This document shows, one piece after another, positions 23,501 through 35,854 of a stretch of 64,000 nucleotides of DNA; within the stretch, counting starts at the first letter, position 1, and each line of letters begins with the position of its first letter. The notes below the pieces were generated by a model. It ran no database searches and was not told the DNA's origin. It saw nothing but the letters and a program-made list of their open reading frames with translations. The position numbers were made by a program, and so were the translations under genes. The stretch is from Azolla caroliniana (lineage: Eukaryota; Plantae; Polypodiophyta). Location: positions 18,352,001 through 18,416,000 of the forward strand of contig JBHGNT010000002.1 of the NCBI GenBank assembly GCA_043228905.1, given 5' to 3'.

Positions 23501-26183
23501 CAACGTCGCGGCTGACACGCGCTTGTTTGGTGCGAGGGTTATAGCACTTATAACCCTTCTGCTCATCCAAGTAACCGACCAAGATGCATTTCTCGGCCTT
23601 TGCGTCCAACTTCCTGCTTTTCTCCTTCGGTATATGCACATACGCAATGCTACTGAACACCCTCAAGTGTCGCAAGTTCGGCTTCGTTCCGAAATATAGC
23701 TCGTGCGCCGACACTTTGTCTCCGATCCGGTTCTGGATGTATACCGTGGTCCTTACCGCCTCGGCCCAGTAGAACTTGGGCAAGCGCTTCTCCTCCAGCA
23801 TTGCCCGTGTCGCTTCCACAACTGACCGATTCTTCCTCTCGGCCACACCGTTCTGCTCCGGCGTGTATCTACAACTGAATTCGCGCCGAATTCCCATTCG
23901 TTGTAGATAACCGTTGAATTGACCGGAGAAGTACTCTTTCCCGCCATCCGACCGCAGGCACTTGATCTTTTGTCCCGTTTCCGTTTCCACGAACCCTTTG
24001 AGGTCCCGAAAGCAGTCGAAGACTTCACTCTTCCTCTCAATGAAGTAGATCCACGTGTGCCGCGTGTGGTCGTCGATGAAGGAGACGAAATATCGGCTCC
24101 CGCCAAGACTAACGTTTTGTGTTGGCCCCCATACATCGGAGTGTATAAGGTCGAGCTTGTTCCGGCTCCGGTTTCGCTCGTTGGGGAAAGGAAGTCGGTG
24201 TTGCTTCCCGAGCTGGCAGGCTTCACAAATTTGTGCCTTTCGGCCACTAAATTTGGGCAATCCGAACACTACTTGTTTCGATTGCAGATCTTGAAGCCGT
24301 TGGTAGTTGACGTGGCCTATCCGCTTGTGCCACAAGTCGATGTCCGACTCGGATTTTCGTCCCTTCGCGAACATTGTGGTGCCGCCGTCAGTGGAGTCGA
24401 GGATGAACATCCTCCCGTCTCTGCGCCCTTGCGCAATCACACGGCCTTCTTCCTCAATGAAGCACCCGAGGTGTGTAAACCGAACCTCCATCCCTTGGTC
24501 GACGATCTGTCCGACTGAACCAAGTTTTTCGTGATTGTCGGAACGTGCAACACGTTCATGAGTTTCCCTTTCTGCCCGACATGGCTAAGGGGAACTTCTC
24601 CGACATTCACGATCGGATGCGGAGTGTCGTCTCCAGTTGCGACTACTCCAGGTTGTATCGGTTTTTCAAGGTACGAGAACCACTCCTTATGGCTCGTCAT
24701 GTGGTTTGACGCGCCGGAGTCTACGTACCACACCTCGTCCGATCTCGGGGTGCTCTGTTTCATTGAGTTTGCTTCGTGTCTTGTCACGAAGGCAGACCCT
24801 TCTCCGGCTCTCCCGGAGTCTTCGGCGTAGTGCGATCGCTGCCGATTTCCCTTGTCGGTCTGTCCGGAGCCGTTTTCGGAACCGGTTCTCTCTGAATTGA
24901 CGCGCTTCTTCCAACACTCACTTTCCCTGTGGCCTTTCTTGCCACCGTACCAGCACTCCGCGATGGCCTTCCCTTGCTGGTTCTCATCGCTTCGACTCCC
25001 CCTGTTTCCGAAGGGTCCGGAGTTGCTGTCGGCATCACTTCGGTGCCTTCTTCCTTGATCTCGTCGGCCGCCTCCATTGCGCGCCGACTCACCTCGTCCT
25101 CCACGTCCACGGGGCCTATCTCCCTCCGTGTACAACATTCTGCTGTCGGTGTGCGTGCTTGTAGACGCACCCGCGTGGTTCTCCTCTACCAAGAGCATTG
25201 ACTGTAAGTTGAAAAAGGACGGCGTATTCTCCCGGGTACACACAGCCGTTCGGAATGCTCCGAACTTCGACGCCAAACCTCTGAGACAGATCTGGACCAT
25301 CTCACTCTCCTCGATGTTCACCTCTATGGAGGCAAGGGAGTCGCAGATATCCTTGATCTTCGAGGTATAGTCCGCCACCGACAAGTCGCGTTGTCGTAGG
25401 TTGCTCAACTCCTGTTGGAGCTGAAGCTTCCTGGCTGTGGTGCTCGCGGCGAAAATCTTCTTCAGATTTTCCCACGCACCCTTCGGCGTCTTTGCATCCC
25501 GAACATAGCTCAATAGTTGTTCGCCCACACACGACGCGAAGCCGTATAATACCCTGCTCGCCGATTGCTCCCACGACGGGAAGTCTCTATGTGTCGATTC
25601 GGGTGCCGCGTCATTAGCTCCTTCCACATAACTCCAGTAGCCGTGCCCGAGCAGGTACTGGTGCATCTTGTAGGACCAAGACGCGTAGTTGGTTCTGTCG
25701 AGCTTTTCTGTTGGAAGCGAGCTCGCCATGCCTCTATCCATCGTTCTTCTTGTTCTTCTTCGTCAAGCTGTATTGGCTGCAGAGAGGTTCTCAACCCTCG
25801 CGCTCTGATACCATGTAAAAAGTAGCGTGCGGAAGCAAGTATGAAGACCGAACAGAAGGAAGGAAACTCAGGTTTAATGGAGAGCTTGAGCTTACACAGT
25901 ATACGCGGGAGAGACGGAGAGAGTGAGAGAGAAGACACTAGAAAATTATATTCAAGAAAAAAACAACAATACATATATGTGTTCAATGAACACTTTGTAC
26001 AAGTCCTAGAAGGACTGACCGAAGTACTGACAGTACTTCAATGCTCATTAAGAGCTCCTACACCAACTCCCAAATATATTCCTCACGGAATATCTTTCCT
26101 AACGGCCTAACCGATCGGTCCCAACCGATCCGGTCCTCGGCTTCTTCAGCCGATCCGGCCGATGTTGAGCTTGTCTCTCAACA
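20552..26183 (-). mobile_element. Full-length Ty1/Copia element D
   Basis: 370-bp LTRs at 20552-20921 and 25814-26183 (4 transitions seen). TSD AATTT. Met PBS 25802-25813. PPT 20922-20932. Confidence 0.96.
20916..25741 (-). pseudogene. pol: Copia D gag-pol (Gag, PR, INT, RT, RNase H) with one frameshift and a few stops
   Basis: ORFs 24437-25741, 22008-24491 (QMDVKNAFLQG, LYGLKQAPRAW, LLYVDD) and 20916-21710 (KHIEVHYHF, ADIFTK). Confidence 0.92.
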
Positions 26184-27718
26184 AATTTCATTCTAACCAT
26201 GCTATTATTATTGTTGAGAATCTAACTCAACTTCCCATAGATAGGCTTCACACTACCTCATGGACATTCCAGGCTAGTTTTGTAAATAGTAGAAAGGGCG
26301 TTTGCCCTAGCTTAGTTGGTATATAAACCAACTCATTGTAACTAAGTCATCGTTGGATGTACTTCGCCTTGTTAATATCATATACACTTTTTTCTATCTC
26401 TGTCCCTTGAGCTCTCTCTCTCTCTCTCTCTTTCTCTCCACTGTTGCACACTCTTGCCTTCCCATTTGTTAACATGGTATTAGAGTGTGTGGTTGTCAGA
26501 TCACACCTATTCGATTGTGTTGTGCTGCACGCCGACGATTAACAGAACCGGCTAATCAATAGAAGAAGAAATCACCATGAGCACTCAGATGGGAAGCGCT
26601 CTTCCTACTGAGAAGCTCGACAGAACAAACTTTGCATTTTGGGAGTACAAGATTCATCAATATCTTGTCGGACAAGGTTACTGGAGCTACATTGAAGGAG
26701 CTCATGAAACGTAACCCAACCCAACACACGCCGACTATCCCGCTTGGGAGTAGGCCGCGAGCCGTGTGTTGTGTTGTCTAGCATCATGCGTTCATGATCA
26801 TATGCTTGGCTATATTCGAGAGGCAAAAACGCCAAAGCAGGCGTGGGAAAATCTCAAAAGATTTTTGCAACCAACACGGCCGCACGCAAGCTCCAACTTC
26901 GTCAGGAGCTGAATAGCATCCAACAGAGGGACATGTTAATCTCAAGCTATACCTTGAAGATCAAGGAGCTATGTGATGCCCTCGGATTGATCAACGTCGT
27001 CATTGACGATGACGAACTGGTGCAGATATGCCTCAGAGGCTTAGCACTGCGTTTCGGTACGATTAGATCAGCTATTCTCGCAAGGGAGAACTCTCCCTCC
27101 TTCGACCTTCAGTCGATATTGTTGGTCGACGAGAATCACGCCTGATAGAGGAGTAATGCACCAGATGGACATATGCTCTACTCCCAACCGGGTGATAGGA
27201 GGAATTTTGGCCAAGGTCACAGAGGTCGCTTCGGACAAGGTCGTAATGATCGGCAAAATCAAGAGCATAACTCTCACCAATGGCAAACGGATAGAAATGG
27301 TCCCAGAGAGTTCGAAGGAAGGGGGAGTCATAACGCCGGACCGAGCAATCGCCGAAACCTAGTTGAGTGCGGGTATTGCCGAAAACCCGGCCACTACGAA
27401 GAGAACTACCGGAAGAAGAAACGTGAGGCAGGCCAACAATTGACATATTACGCCACGAACTCCAACTATGGCAATTGTGGCGGAATGTTCATAATGAAGC
27501 ACGAAGCACACTCGATGTCTGCATTTGCGACAACCAACGCCTCCACTCCTAATAGTGTATGGTTTGTCGATTCGGGAGCTTCCAACCACATGACTTCCCA
27601 TGAAGATTGGTTTCAGGAATTACGGAAGCCCGAACGTCCCGGATATGTCGAAACAGGCAATGATACGTCTCATCCAATACAACATATCGGGAATGTCCCA
27701 TTCAGAAACGACGGCGAA

Positions 27719-28144
27719 CAGACCTACCTCAAGAACGTACTGCATGTTCCCACCATCACGAAAAATCTGGTCTCGGTCGGCTAGATTGTAGAACAAGGAA
27801 TGCAGGTACGCTTCAACAATGATGGGTGCTTCATTGAAAAAGGTGATCAAATCGTAGCTCACGGCAGACGTGAAGGTCGTATGTTCATCCTCGAGTCGAG
27901 CGAGTTAAAGACGACCATGTACACAAAGGGCCAGACCTACCTCAAGAACGTACTGCATGTTCCCACCATCACGAAAAATCTGGTCTCGGTCGGCTAGATT
28001 GTAGAACAAGGAATGCAGGTACGCTTCAACAATGATGGGTGCGTCATTGAAAAAGGTGATCAAATCGTAGCTCACGGCAGACGTGAAGGTCGTATGTTCA
28101 TCCTCGAGTCGAGCGAGTTAAAGACGACCATGTACACAAAGGAC
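27719..28144 (+). repeat. 213-bp tandem duplication in Copia E pol
   Basis: CAGACCTACCTCAAGAACG at 27719 and 27932; near-identical copies. Confidence 0.92.
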
Positions 28145-28753
28145 CAGAAAGTCGAAACCGACTTACAATTGTGGCACAAGAGAATCGGCCACATCAATCT
28201 CTAGAAGCTTTAGAACATGCAATCGAAAGGAGTCGTAATTGGACTCCCGAGCTTTATGGCGAAGGAGATTACAGGCGTATGTGAAGCATGTCAGTTTAGA
28301 AAGCAACGCCGTTACCCATTCCCTAAAGAGCGGAATGTGAGCAAAGGAATCCTGGATGTCGTACATTCAGATGTGTGGGGACCAGCCAAGACAACAACAT
28401 TTGGTGGATGCCGATACTATGTCACGTTCATCGACGACTTCTCCAGGAACACCTGGATCCACCCGATGAAGCAAAAGAGTGAAGTGTTTGGCCACTTCCA
28501 GAAGTTCAAAGCCAAAGCAGAAAAAGCTACGGGCCATCATGTACGCTGCCTTTGATCAGACGGAGGTAAAGAATACTTTTTGGATGAGTTCTCGACGTAT
28601 CTCCAAGGAATTCGACGAGAGTTCTCGTGTCGACATACACCTCAGCAAAACGGTGTAGCTGAGCGTAAAAACCGCCACATAGTAGAAGTAGCACGAGCCA
28701 TGATGATGAGAAGAACCTGCTGAAATCGTACTAGGCAGAAGCGGCGAACAGGG

Positions 28754-31700
28754 TGTCGAGGAAATCCTCGTGGATGTGTAGAAGTTGGGCAGGACCACGG
28801 GGGTCTTGAACCGAGGAATCAAGAAGTGAGGAGGAAGTGTCTGTGGTTTACATGAGCCCTGAGACCACGGTTTAAACAGAAAAGATTAGCGAAACGAGAG
28901 AGAGATAGTGTAAGAGGAACGTGCGTAGACACAGGCGCATACATATATGCTAAGAATAACTTGAGTTAGGTGGATAAGCTTCTTTTAATCAATATATGCG
29001 CGTGGCGCTGTGGGTGATTACAACCGGATCAATGCTGGTGTTCGAGCGTAGGCTCTACAGTAGTCAGGTACGGAGATGAGTGGGCACACAGAAGGTCGAT
29101 CCCTTGGTTGGGAGCACTTGGGCGTTTGACGCGAGCAGGGGAAGCGCCTTCCAGTGGCATGTCGTAGGACTCCTCGTCTTCTTTGGTCTCTGTTTCCTTT
29201 CCCCTCTCTCTAAAAAGTTGACATCCCGTTAAAACAATCGAGGGTCACCCCTTTTATAGCACAAGGAGCGACCGTTACAGAGCATTCATGGCCTTGTCAC
29301 TTTAACTTCCTAAATTCTCCCCCCCTGATTCGCTCTCCTCGTAACTCTCCCTACTTACGTGATATTTGAATCCCTATTAATGCTTTAACTACCTAGTTCA
29401 CCTCCTTTTTCCTATGCCTAGTACTTACACTATCTAATTCACTAGGGGTGTGCACTCATGCACACCAGTGCTCCCGCGTGTTTCACATTGTTTCTACCGA
29501 TGGCCCGGAATCTTCACGACATCCACCCCCACTAAACTGCACATACTTCGTTATGTGCCGGGCAGCGATTTTAGTGCGGGATTCTGGGCCATCTACTACT
29601 CGTTCTCCCCTTTTGAACTAGCGCTTTCGGCTCCTGGGTCCGGTTCTGCCTCGCTCCGCCTTTTGAAGGCCTTTATCTGCTTCCCGGCCACTGGAGTCGT
29701 CCTTCGGGTCCCATCGAGCTCCGCTAGATTACACGTCGCGTTATCGTTGACGCTAATTACCACGTATGGCCTGAACCATCACTTTGCGAACTTACGCATA
29801 GACCTATGCTGGTTGTTGAGGCTGTTGTCGTAGACTAACACCCAATCGCCTTCCTCGATCTTCCTTGGCCGGAGCCGGTGTGTCCGGTCGAACCGGGCCT
29901 TGCTCCGGATTCTCGCTGGTTTCACCATTGTCGTGGCCCGCTCCACATCTTCTGGCCTTTGCTCGAGTTGCCGGATTCGGGCCGCAAGCAATTCTTCTCG
30001 GCTCATTTAGTTGGGCCAATCGATTGCCATCCATGAGACGATCGTCCACTCTACTGGCATGATGGGTTTCTGTCCAAACATTAGTTCCGCCGGCATGTAC
30101 CCTGTCACCGAACTATGGGTAGTCCTGTCCGCCCATAACGCGTAAGGGAGCAACCTCGGCTAGTCGCCGACTCGTCGTTCGCACACGCGTACAATGGCTT
30201 TTACGATCGGACCGTGGCCCCACTCAATCTTTCCGTTTGCCTCTGGGTTGTACGCCGTTGCGAGGGACAATTTTACGCCTAACCGATTGAATAGTTCCTC
30301 GGCTTCTTCCGTGTCTAGCTCGCCTCAGTCATCCATGATTTTTCCCACGCACCCGTATCGGCATATGACATCTTCTATTAGAAACTTAGATATTGCCGTG
30401 GTGGTCTTGTTCGTTACTGCTCGACCCTCTACCTGGTTCGTTAGGTCTTCTCTAGCCAGCACCAGGTATCGCTTGTGACCCTCTCCCATCGGCATGGTTA
30501 CTAAGTCGACCATCCATTTGAAGTGCACGGCTGGGGGGTAGGTTGGGTGCAGCTCGTCGTGGTGTCGAACCACCGTGTGCATCTGGCAGCTTTCGCACGT
30601 GGACACGAAGTCGTGCACGCTGTTATATATACCCGACCACCAATATTTCTCCTTTATCTTCTCGAATGTGGCCCATGAACCCCGGTGTCTAGACCAAGGG
30701 CTTTCGTGGAACTCCAATATTAGCTTCTCTTGATCATCCGCCCGCGCTACTACCCAGAGAGGCGCATCGTTCCACCTCATTGGGACCCTCCAGATCTTCC
30801 CGTTCCGTAGGAAGTATCGGTATGCCCTTTTTCGGAGTTGTCCCGCTTCCTCCCTAGTAATTGAGGCGTCCACCGTCATTGTTTTTAGAAACCTTCCGAT
30901 TAGAAGCCATTCCCCGTCGTAGTCGTCTTCGTCGAAATCGTTTAGGGGCGGAGCGCTTCGCCTTTTTATCCTCATCCTTGCTGATTCGAAGAAGTCCGCG
31001 CCGACTTCTTCGTTCTTTGATACCATGCCGTCCTCGTCCTCGAACCTTGCTTTGGAAAGCATATCGGCCATGGCGTTGTCCTTACCCAAGATGTGTCGTA
31101 TCTCCGGGTTCAGGGACTTGATGTACGCAATCCACCTGAGCATGGCCAGGTCGGGAGTTGTGCATCCGGAGACCATACCAAGAATCTGCAGGCAGTCCAC
31201 TTCTATGATCACTTCTGTCTCGATTAGGTAGTCTTTGTCGACCTTAACCATCGAAACAATACCCCATAGCTCGCGCTTGATTTGGGCGTACCCTCGTTAT
31301 CACTCACTCAGTACCTTCGCACCGAACCGGATAGGGAAACACATGCCGTCTTCATCCTCTTGATTCACGACCCATCCGATCCCGGTCGGGCTAGTGTCCA
31401 CCGTGATGTAGACTGGAGTTCCCGGTGCGTATTCCACTTTGCATAAAGCTGGTGCCGTGGTGAGTGTTCGTTTTAGCCTCCGGACCGCCTCGGTATGTTC
31501 CTTTGTCCATTCAAATTTCCCGCTCTTCTTTAGCAAGCCGTAGAGTGGTTCGGCGACGTGCGCGTAATGAGGGATCCATATGTGGTAGAAGGCGCATGCT
31601 CCTAAGAATCGCCGGACCTCTGTGATGGATCCGCACTCCTTCATTGCCGAGATGGCCTCTACCTTGGTCGGCGATGGCTTCCGTCCGTACGGCCCACATA

Positions 31701-34700
31701 GATGGCCCACCACTAAGATCTCTGGCTGTCCGAAGGCCGACTTCTCTCCCGAGAAGGTAAGCCACGCACCTTCGAGCCTCTGTAGTATCTTCTCACAGTC
31801 GGAGATATGGTCGGTGACAAACCTTCGGCACTCGTCCGCGCCGATCGACTAATCCTTGGTGTCCTCTGGACACCCCTTGATAGGGATGTCATCCAGGAAA
31901 GGCATGGTGATGTTCGGAATGCAGTCCCGCAGAACTCGGTTCATTGCATTCACCATGTGTGCCACCGAGTTGGTCCCTCCCTGTAGTAGGGTACACATTC
32001 TAATTAGGCCGAGAGGGGTTCGCATTGTAGTGATGTCCTTGCTTTCCACGGCCAAGTGGACCTAGTCGTACCCTGAGTAAAGGTCTCTGACCGAGTATAT
32101 GGACCTTTTGGCGAAGGCTTCCGTGAACTCATTGATCGACGGTCCTACTCCCGTATTGCAGATGGTCACCTTATTGACCGGTTGTAAGTCCTAGATGAAG
32201 CGCAGCGTACCGTTCTTCTTTGGTACCGTAAACCACCGGTTAGAGTAAGGGGCACTCGATGGTTCGAGGATGCCCAACTCTACCTTCTGCTTAAAAAGCT
32301 CCATCAACATGGGCATGTGAGCTCTCGACACTTGAATGGGTTTGAGGCTCCATGGCACGTGCGGCACGGTAAAGATCACCATTGGTTCGACAATGGTCGG
32401 GTCGACGCACCCGATCTCTCTCGGTGAGAATGCAAAGGCTTTCCCGTGCCTCTCGAGCATCCTTCTAAACCGATCCTCTTCCGCCGACAGTAGGAAGCCA
32501 CCCCACCGATCTTCAATTCTCGTAGCGTTTTGTCAATGAAACGGTGTCCTATGTCGGCCGGATCTCGCAAGCTCGGGTCAGTAGCGACCCCCTTTATTCG
32601 TTCCCAGCTGCCCTTCGGTAAGGGAGCCGCGACGGACTTCACCTTCCGGTCCACAGTCTTGTACTTGGTGTCTACTCGGGCGATCCGATGCACCCTGGTT
32701 TTTCTTTTGAAGTCCGCAATGACTTCATACATGTCGATTGAGTTGACCGGTATGACTTGGTCTTCGACTACCTTCCCGATTTCTCCAAGGGTGTCATCGA
32801 ATGAGACCATCTCCACGGCTTCCCCAATCCCTTCGTCGTGACTCAAGGCTCCGCACGCCTTTAAGCGTATCTCGGCCTTTTTTCTTTCTCGGCCATTGAT
32901 GCTGGCTATGATACATCCCCCGTTGTCGGAGAACAAAACTTTCCTTCCTATTTTACAGGTGTGGGGAATTTTCTGGCTATCCGGACTATCGCAGCCCCAC
33001 GCCTTGATAGCCCTTTCTAAAATTCCGTCCTGTCATTATTTTCGAGGGTGTCCCGGTTCCGCTCGTGATTCTTCCGAACGGTCAAAAATTGGACGAAGTG
33101 ACGACCGTCCTGACTTTTTACCCTCGCATAGGCTGAACCATTGTCCAGTACTTTCGTTTCCATTCTAACCGCCGTGATGTATGGTTTGCCGAGGATGACC
33201 GGGTGAGAGGACGTCTCTTGCACGAAAAAGTGTTGGTTTATATCGACGTCCCCGACGCTCACCCTGACGTTTGGACAAGCCCCGTGTAGTTCTTCAGTGG
33301 CTCTTGTAGCCGCACTTATCTTCCACCCATGTTTGGTGTTGATTGGCCAATTCCCCCTTTTGTAGAAGTCCATGCACATCAGATTAATTTCCGACCTGTG
33401 GTCGATTAATGCCACCACCTGTTCCTTCCCGTCCCCGATACGAACGGGGGTTTCATTAGTCGCTCTTGCCCAGTGCGGCCTGGTATAATGGCTTTCCGCT
33501 AGCTCGTCTTCCATGACCATCTCGTCGAGGAGTGCCGTCCTTACCTCAACCGGCTTCTCGGGCTATGGTTCCGTCACGAGACGCTTTCTCTTTACGAGGT
33601 CCACGATGCTGTTGTGGAATTCCCTTCTTGCTATGCCAAGAACTTCCCTAAGTGTGAGTTCTATGCGACTGTCGAGGACTCGCTCCTTTAGAACCTTCTG
33701 TAGGTTCGTTGTTTTCTCGATTTTCGAGCTTAAACGGAAGCTCAGAATGTTGCCCTTCTCCTTCTCCTGGGACCCGGTCAGAGTGGCATCGTGGCCTTTC
33801 GGCGTGCTTCGGGTGTCATACCTCCCCGAAGGGCCTGCTCCCGGTTTTCCGCGCTCGCCTTTCGTCGATCAGGGCCTTGTAGTTCCTGCACGCGGCCTCC
33901 ACAAAGCCGGTGCTCTCCTCAACGGGGTCACTGCAGCCGGTAACTTCGCGCACGCGCTCCTCTGCGCGCTCCGTTTCTCCCTTCTGCAACCTTCCTCCGG
34001 ACAAGGTCTCGAGAATAACCGACCAGAACCCAGGGTTTGAATCAGGTTTGGCCGCCTTTTTGCCTACGCAGATGTCGGCCGAAGCCAAGTAGTGGACGAC
34101 TTCGACGTGCCGTGCCGCGGCTTCTTCCATTAGCCTCTTCATGCCACCTCATCCGAAATTCACGCTAAGCAATCTTCACGTGTCGCTCGCATGTATCCTG
34201 CCATTCGAAAGATAAACTACATTACTTCTGAGTGCTTCACCGAGGTTAGCACAATCTCTCAAGGAATGTCGAGTGGCGTCGCACCATATGCACCTCTGAT
34301 TGGTTGGCAATTGTCGGTCGCGCGACTGACCCTCATCGCTTCGCTGGGCCTGGGCGATCTGGAGGTCGCGCACCATCCTTGTCAGTTCTTCTAGTCCTGC
34401 GCCGCCTGTAGGTCCCGCGACTACGTTTGCTGGGGGTGGGCCTAGCTCGAGGCACCTCCTCGTTTCTTCCATTTGGGTCGGCATCAGCTCGGCTCTGGTT
34501 TTGACAGCCGGTCCAGCTGGCGAGGACCCCCTTTCTTTCCAATCTCGGCGTTTGTCAATCCCACCGCATACTTCTTTGACGGTCACCCAATCAGTCGTGA
34601 GACCGCGGTTGGTTTCAAGAAGAAGACCCACGCTTTCCCGGACGCGCGAGTCGAACGATGTGACGAAAAATAGGACTTCCCTCGTTTCGAGCACAGTTCT

Positions 34701-35854
34701 GTCCAATCTAGAGAGCCATGCGAATCGTGACTCGAACTCTTGGTGGAGTGTCGAAGCGTTCTGACCCTTGTCGGGGTTGTTGACCCAATCCATAAAGCCC
34801 ATTCTCGATACCCGGACCGAGTCGTCATAGCTGTATCTTTTGAGAACTTCCTCCGCGAACTCCGCTTGTATTTCGGTCATCTCTGCATGGATGTGTGGTG
34901 TCATGACCCGGGGAAACCCTGTTAGCCGTCTATCCTCGGGTATATTCCTCATCTGCATTTCAGATTTGTAGGCCTCTAAGTAACTTGTGGCGTCTTTCCC
35001 GCTGAACTGACCTATCTTGTCGACCATTGCTTCTATGTCCCTCTCGAGGGCATTCGTGCCCTCGTGAGCGCTAACTAGGCGGTCTACCGCCACCGCCATT
35101 GCTTTTGCAAGTTCGCTCCCTCTCATTTTCAGATTCCTTTGCCGCCTTCTTCATGTTGGGTTCACCAAATGTGTCGAGGAAATCCTTGCGGATGCATAGA
35201 AGTTGGGCAGGACCACGAGGGTCTTGAACCAGAAATTATTAGCGAAAGGAGAGAGAGAGATAGTGTAAGAGGAACGTGCGTAAACACAGGCGCAAACATA
35301 TATGCTAAGAATAACTTGCGTTAGGTGGATAAGCTTCTATTAATCAATATATGCGCGTGGCGCTATGGGTGATTACAACCGGATCAGTGCCGGTGTTCGA
35401 GCGTAGGCTCTACAGTAGTCAGGTACAGAGATGAGTGGGCACACAGAAGGTCGATCCCTTGGTTGGGAGCACTTGGGCGTTTGACGCGAGCAGGGGAAGC
35501 GCCTTCCAGTGGCATGTCGTAGGACTCCTCGTCTTCTTTGGTCTCTGTTTCCTTTCCCCTCTCTCTAAAAAATTGACATCCCGTTAAAACAATCGAGGGT
35601 CGCCCCTTTTATAGCACAAGGAGTGACCATTACAGAGCATTCATGGCCTTGTCGCTTTAACTTCCTAAATTCTCCCCCCTTGATTCGCTCTCCTCGTAAC
35701 TCTCCCTACTTACGCGATGTTTGAATCCCTATTAATGCTTTAACTATCTAGTTCACCTCCTTTTTCCTATGCCTAGTACTTACACTATCTAATTCACGAG
35801 GGGTGTGCACGCGTTTCACATTGTTTCTACCGATGACCCGGAATCTTCACGACA
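28754..35854 (-). mobile_element. Ty3/Gypsy non-chromovirus element G1 (tRNA-Trp PBS)
   Basis: LTRs 28754-29521 and 35172-35854 (TGTCG...CGACA). PBS 35151-35167. PPT 29522-29532. Flanks AGGG/ACGG suggest a 4-bp TSD. Order Gag, PR (LIDHRSEIN), RT (PFLDDI), RH, INT; degenerate; no chromodomain. Confidence 0.92.
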
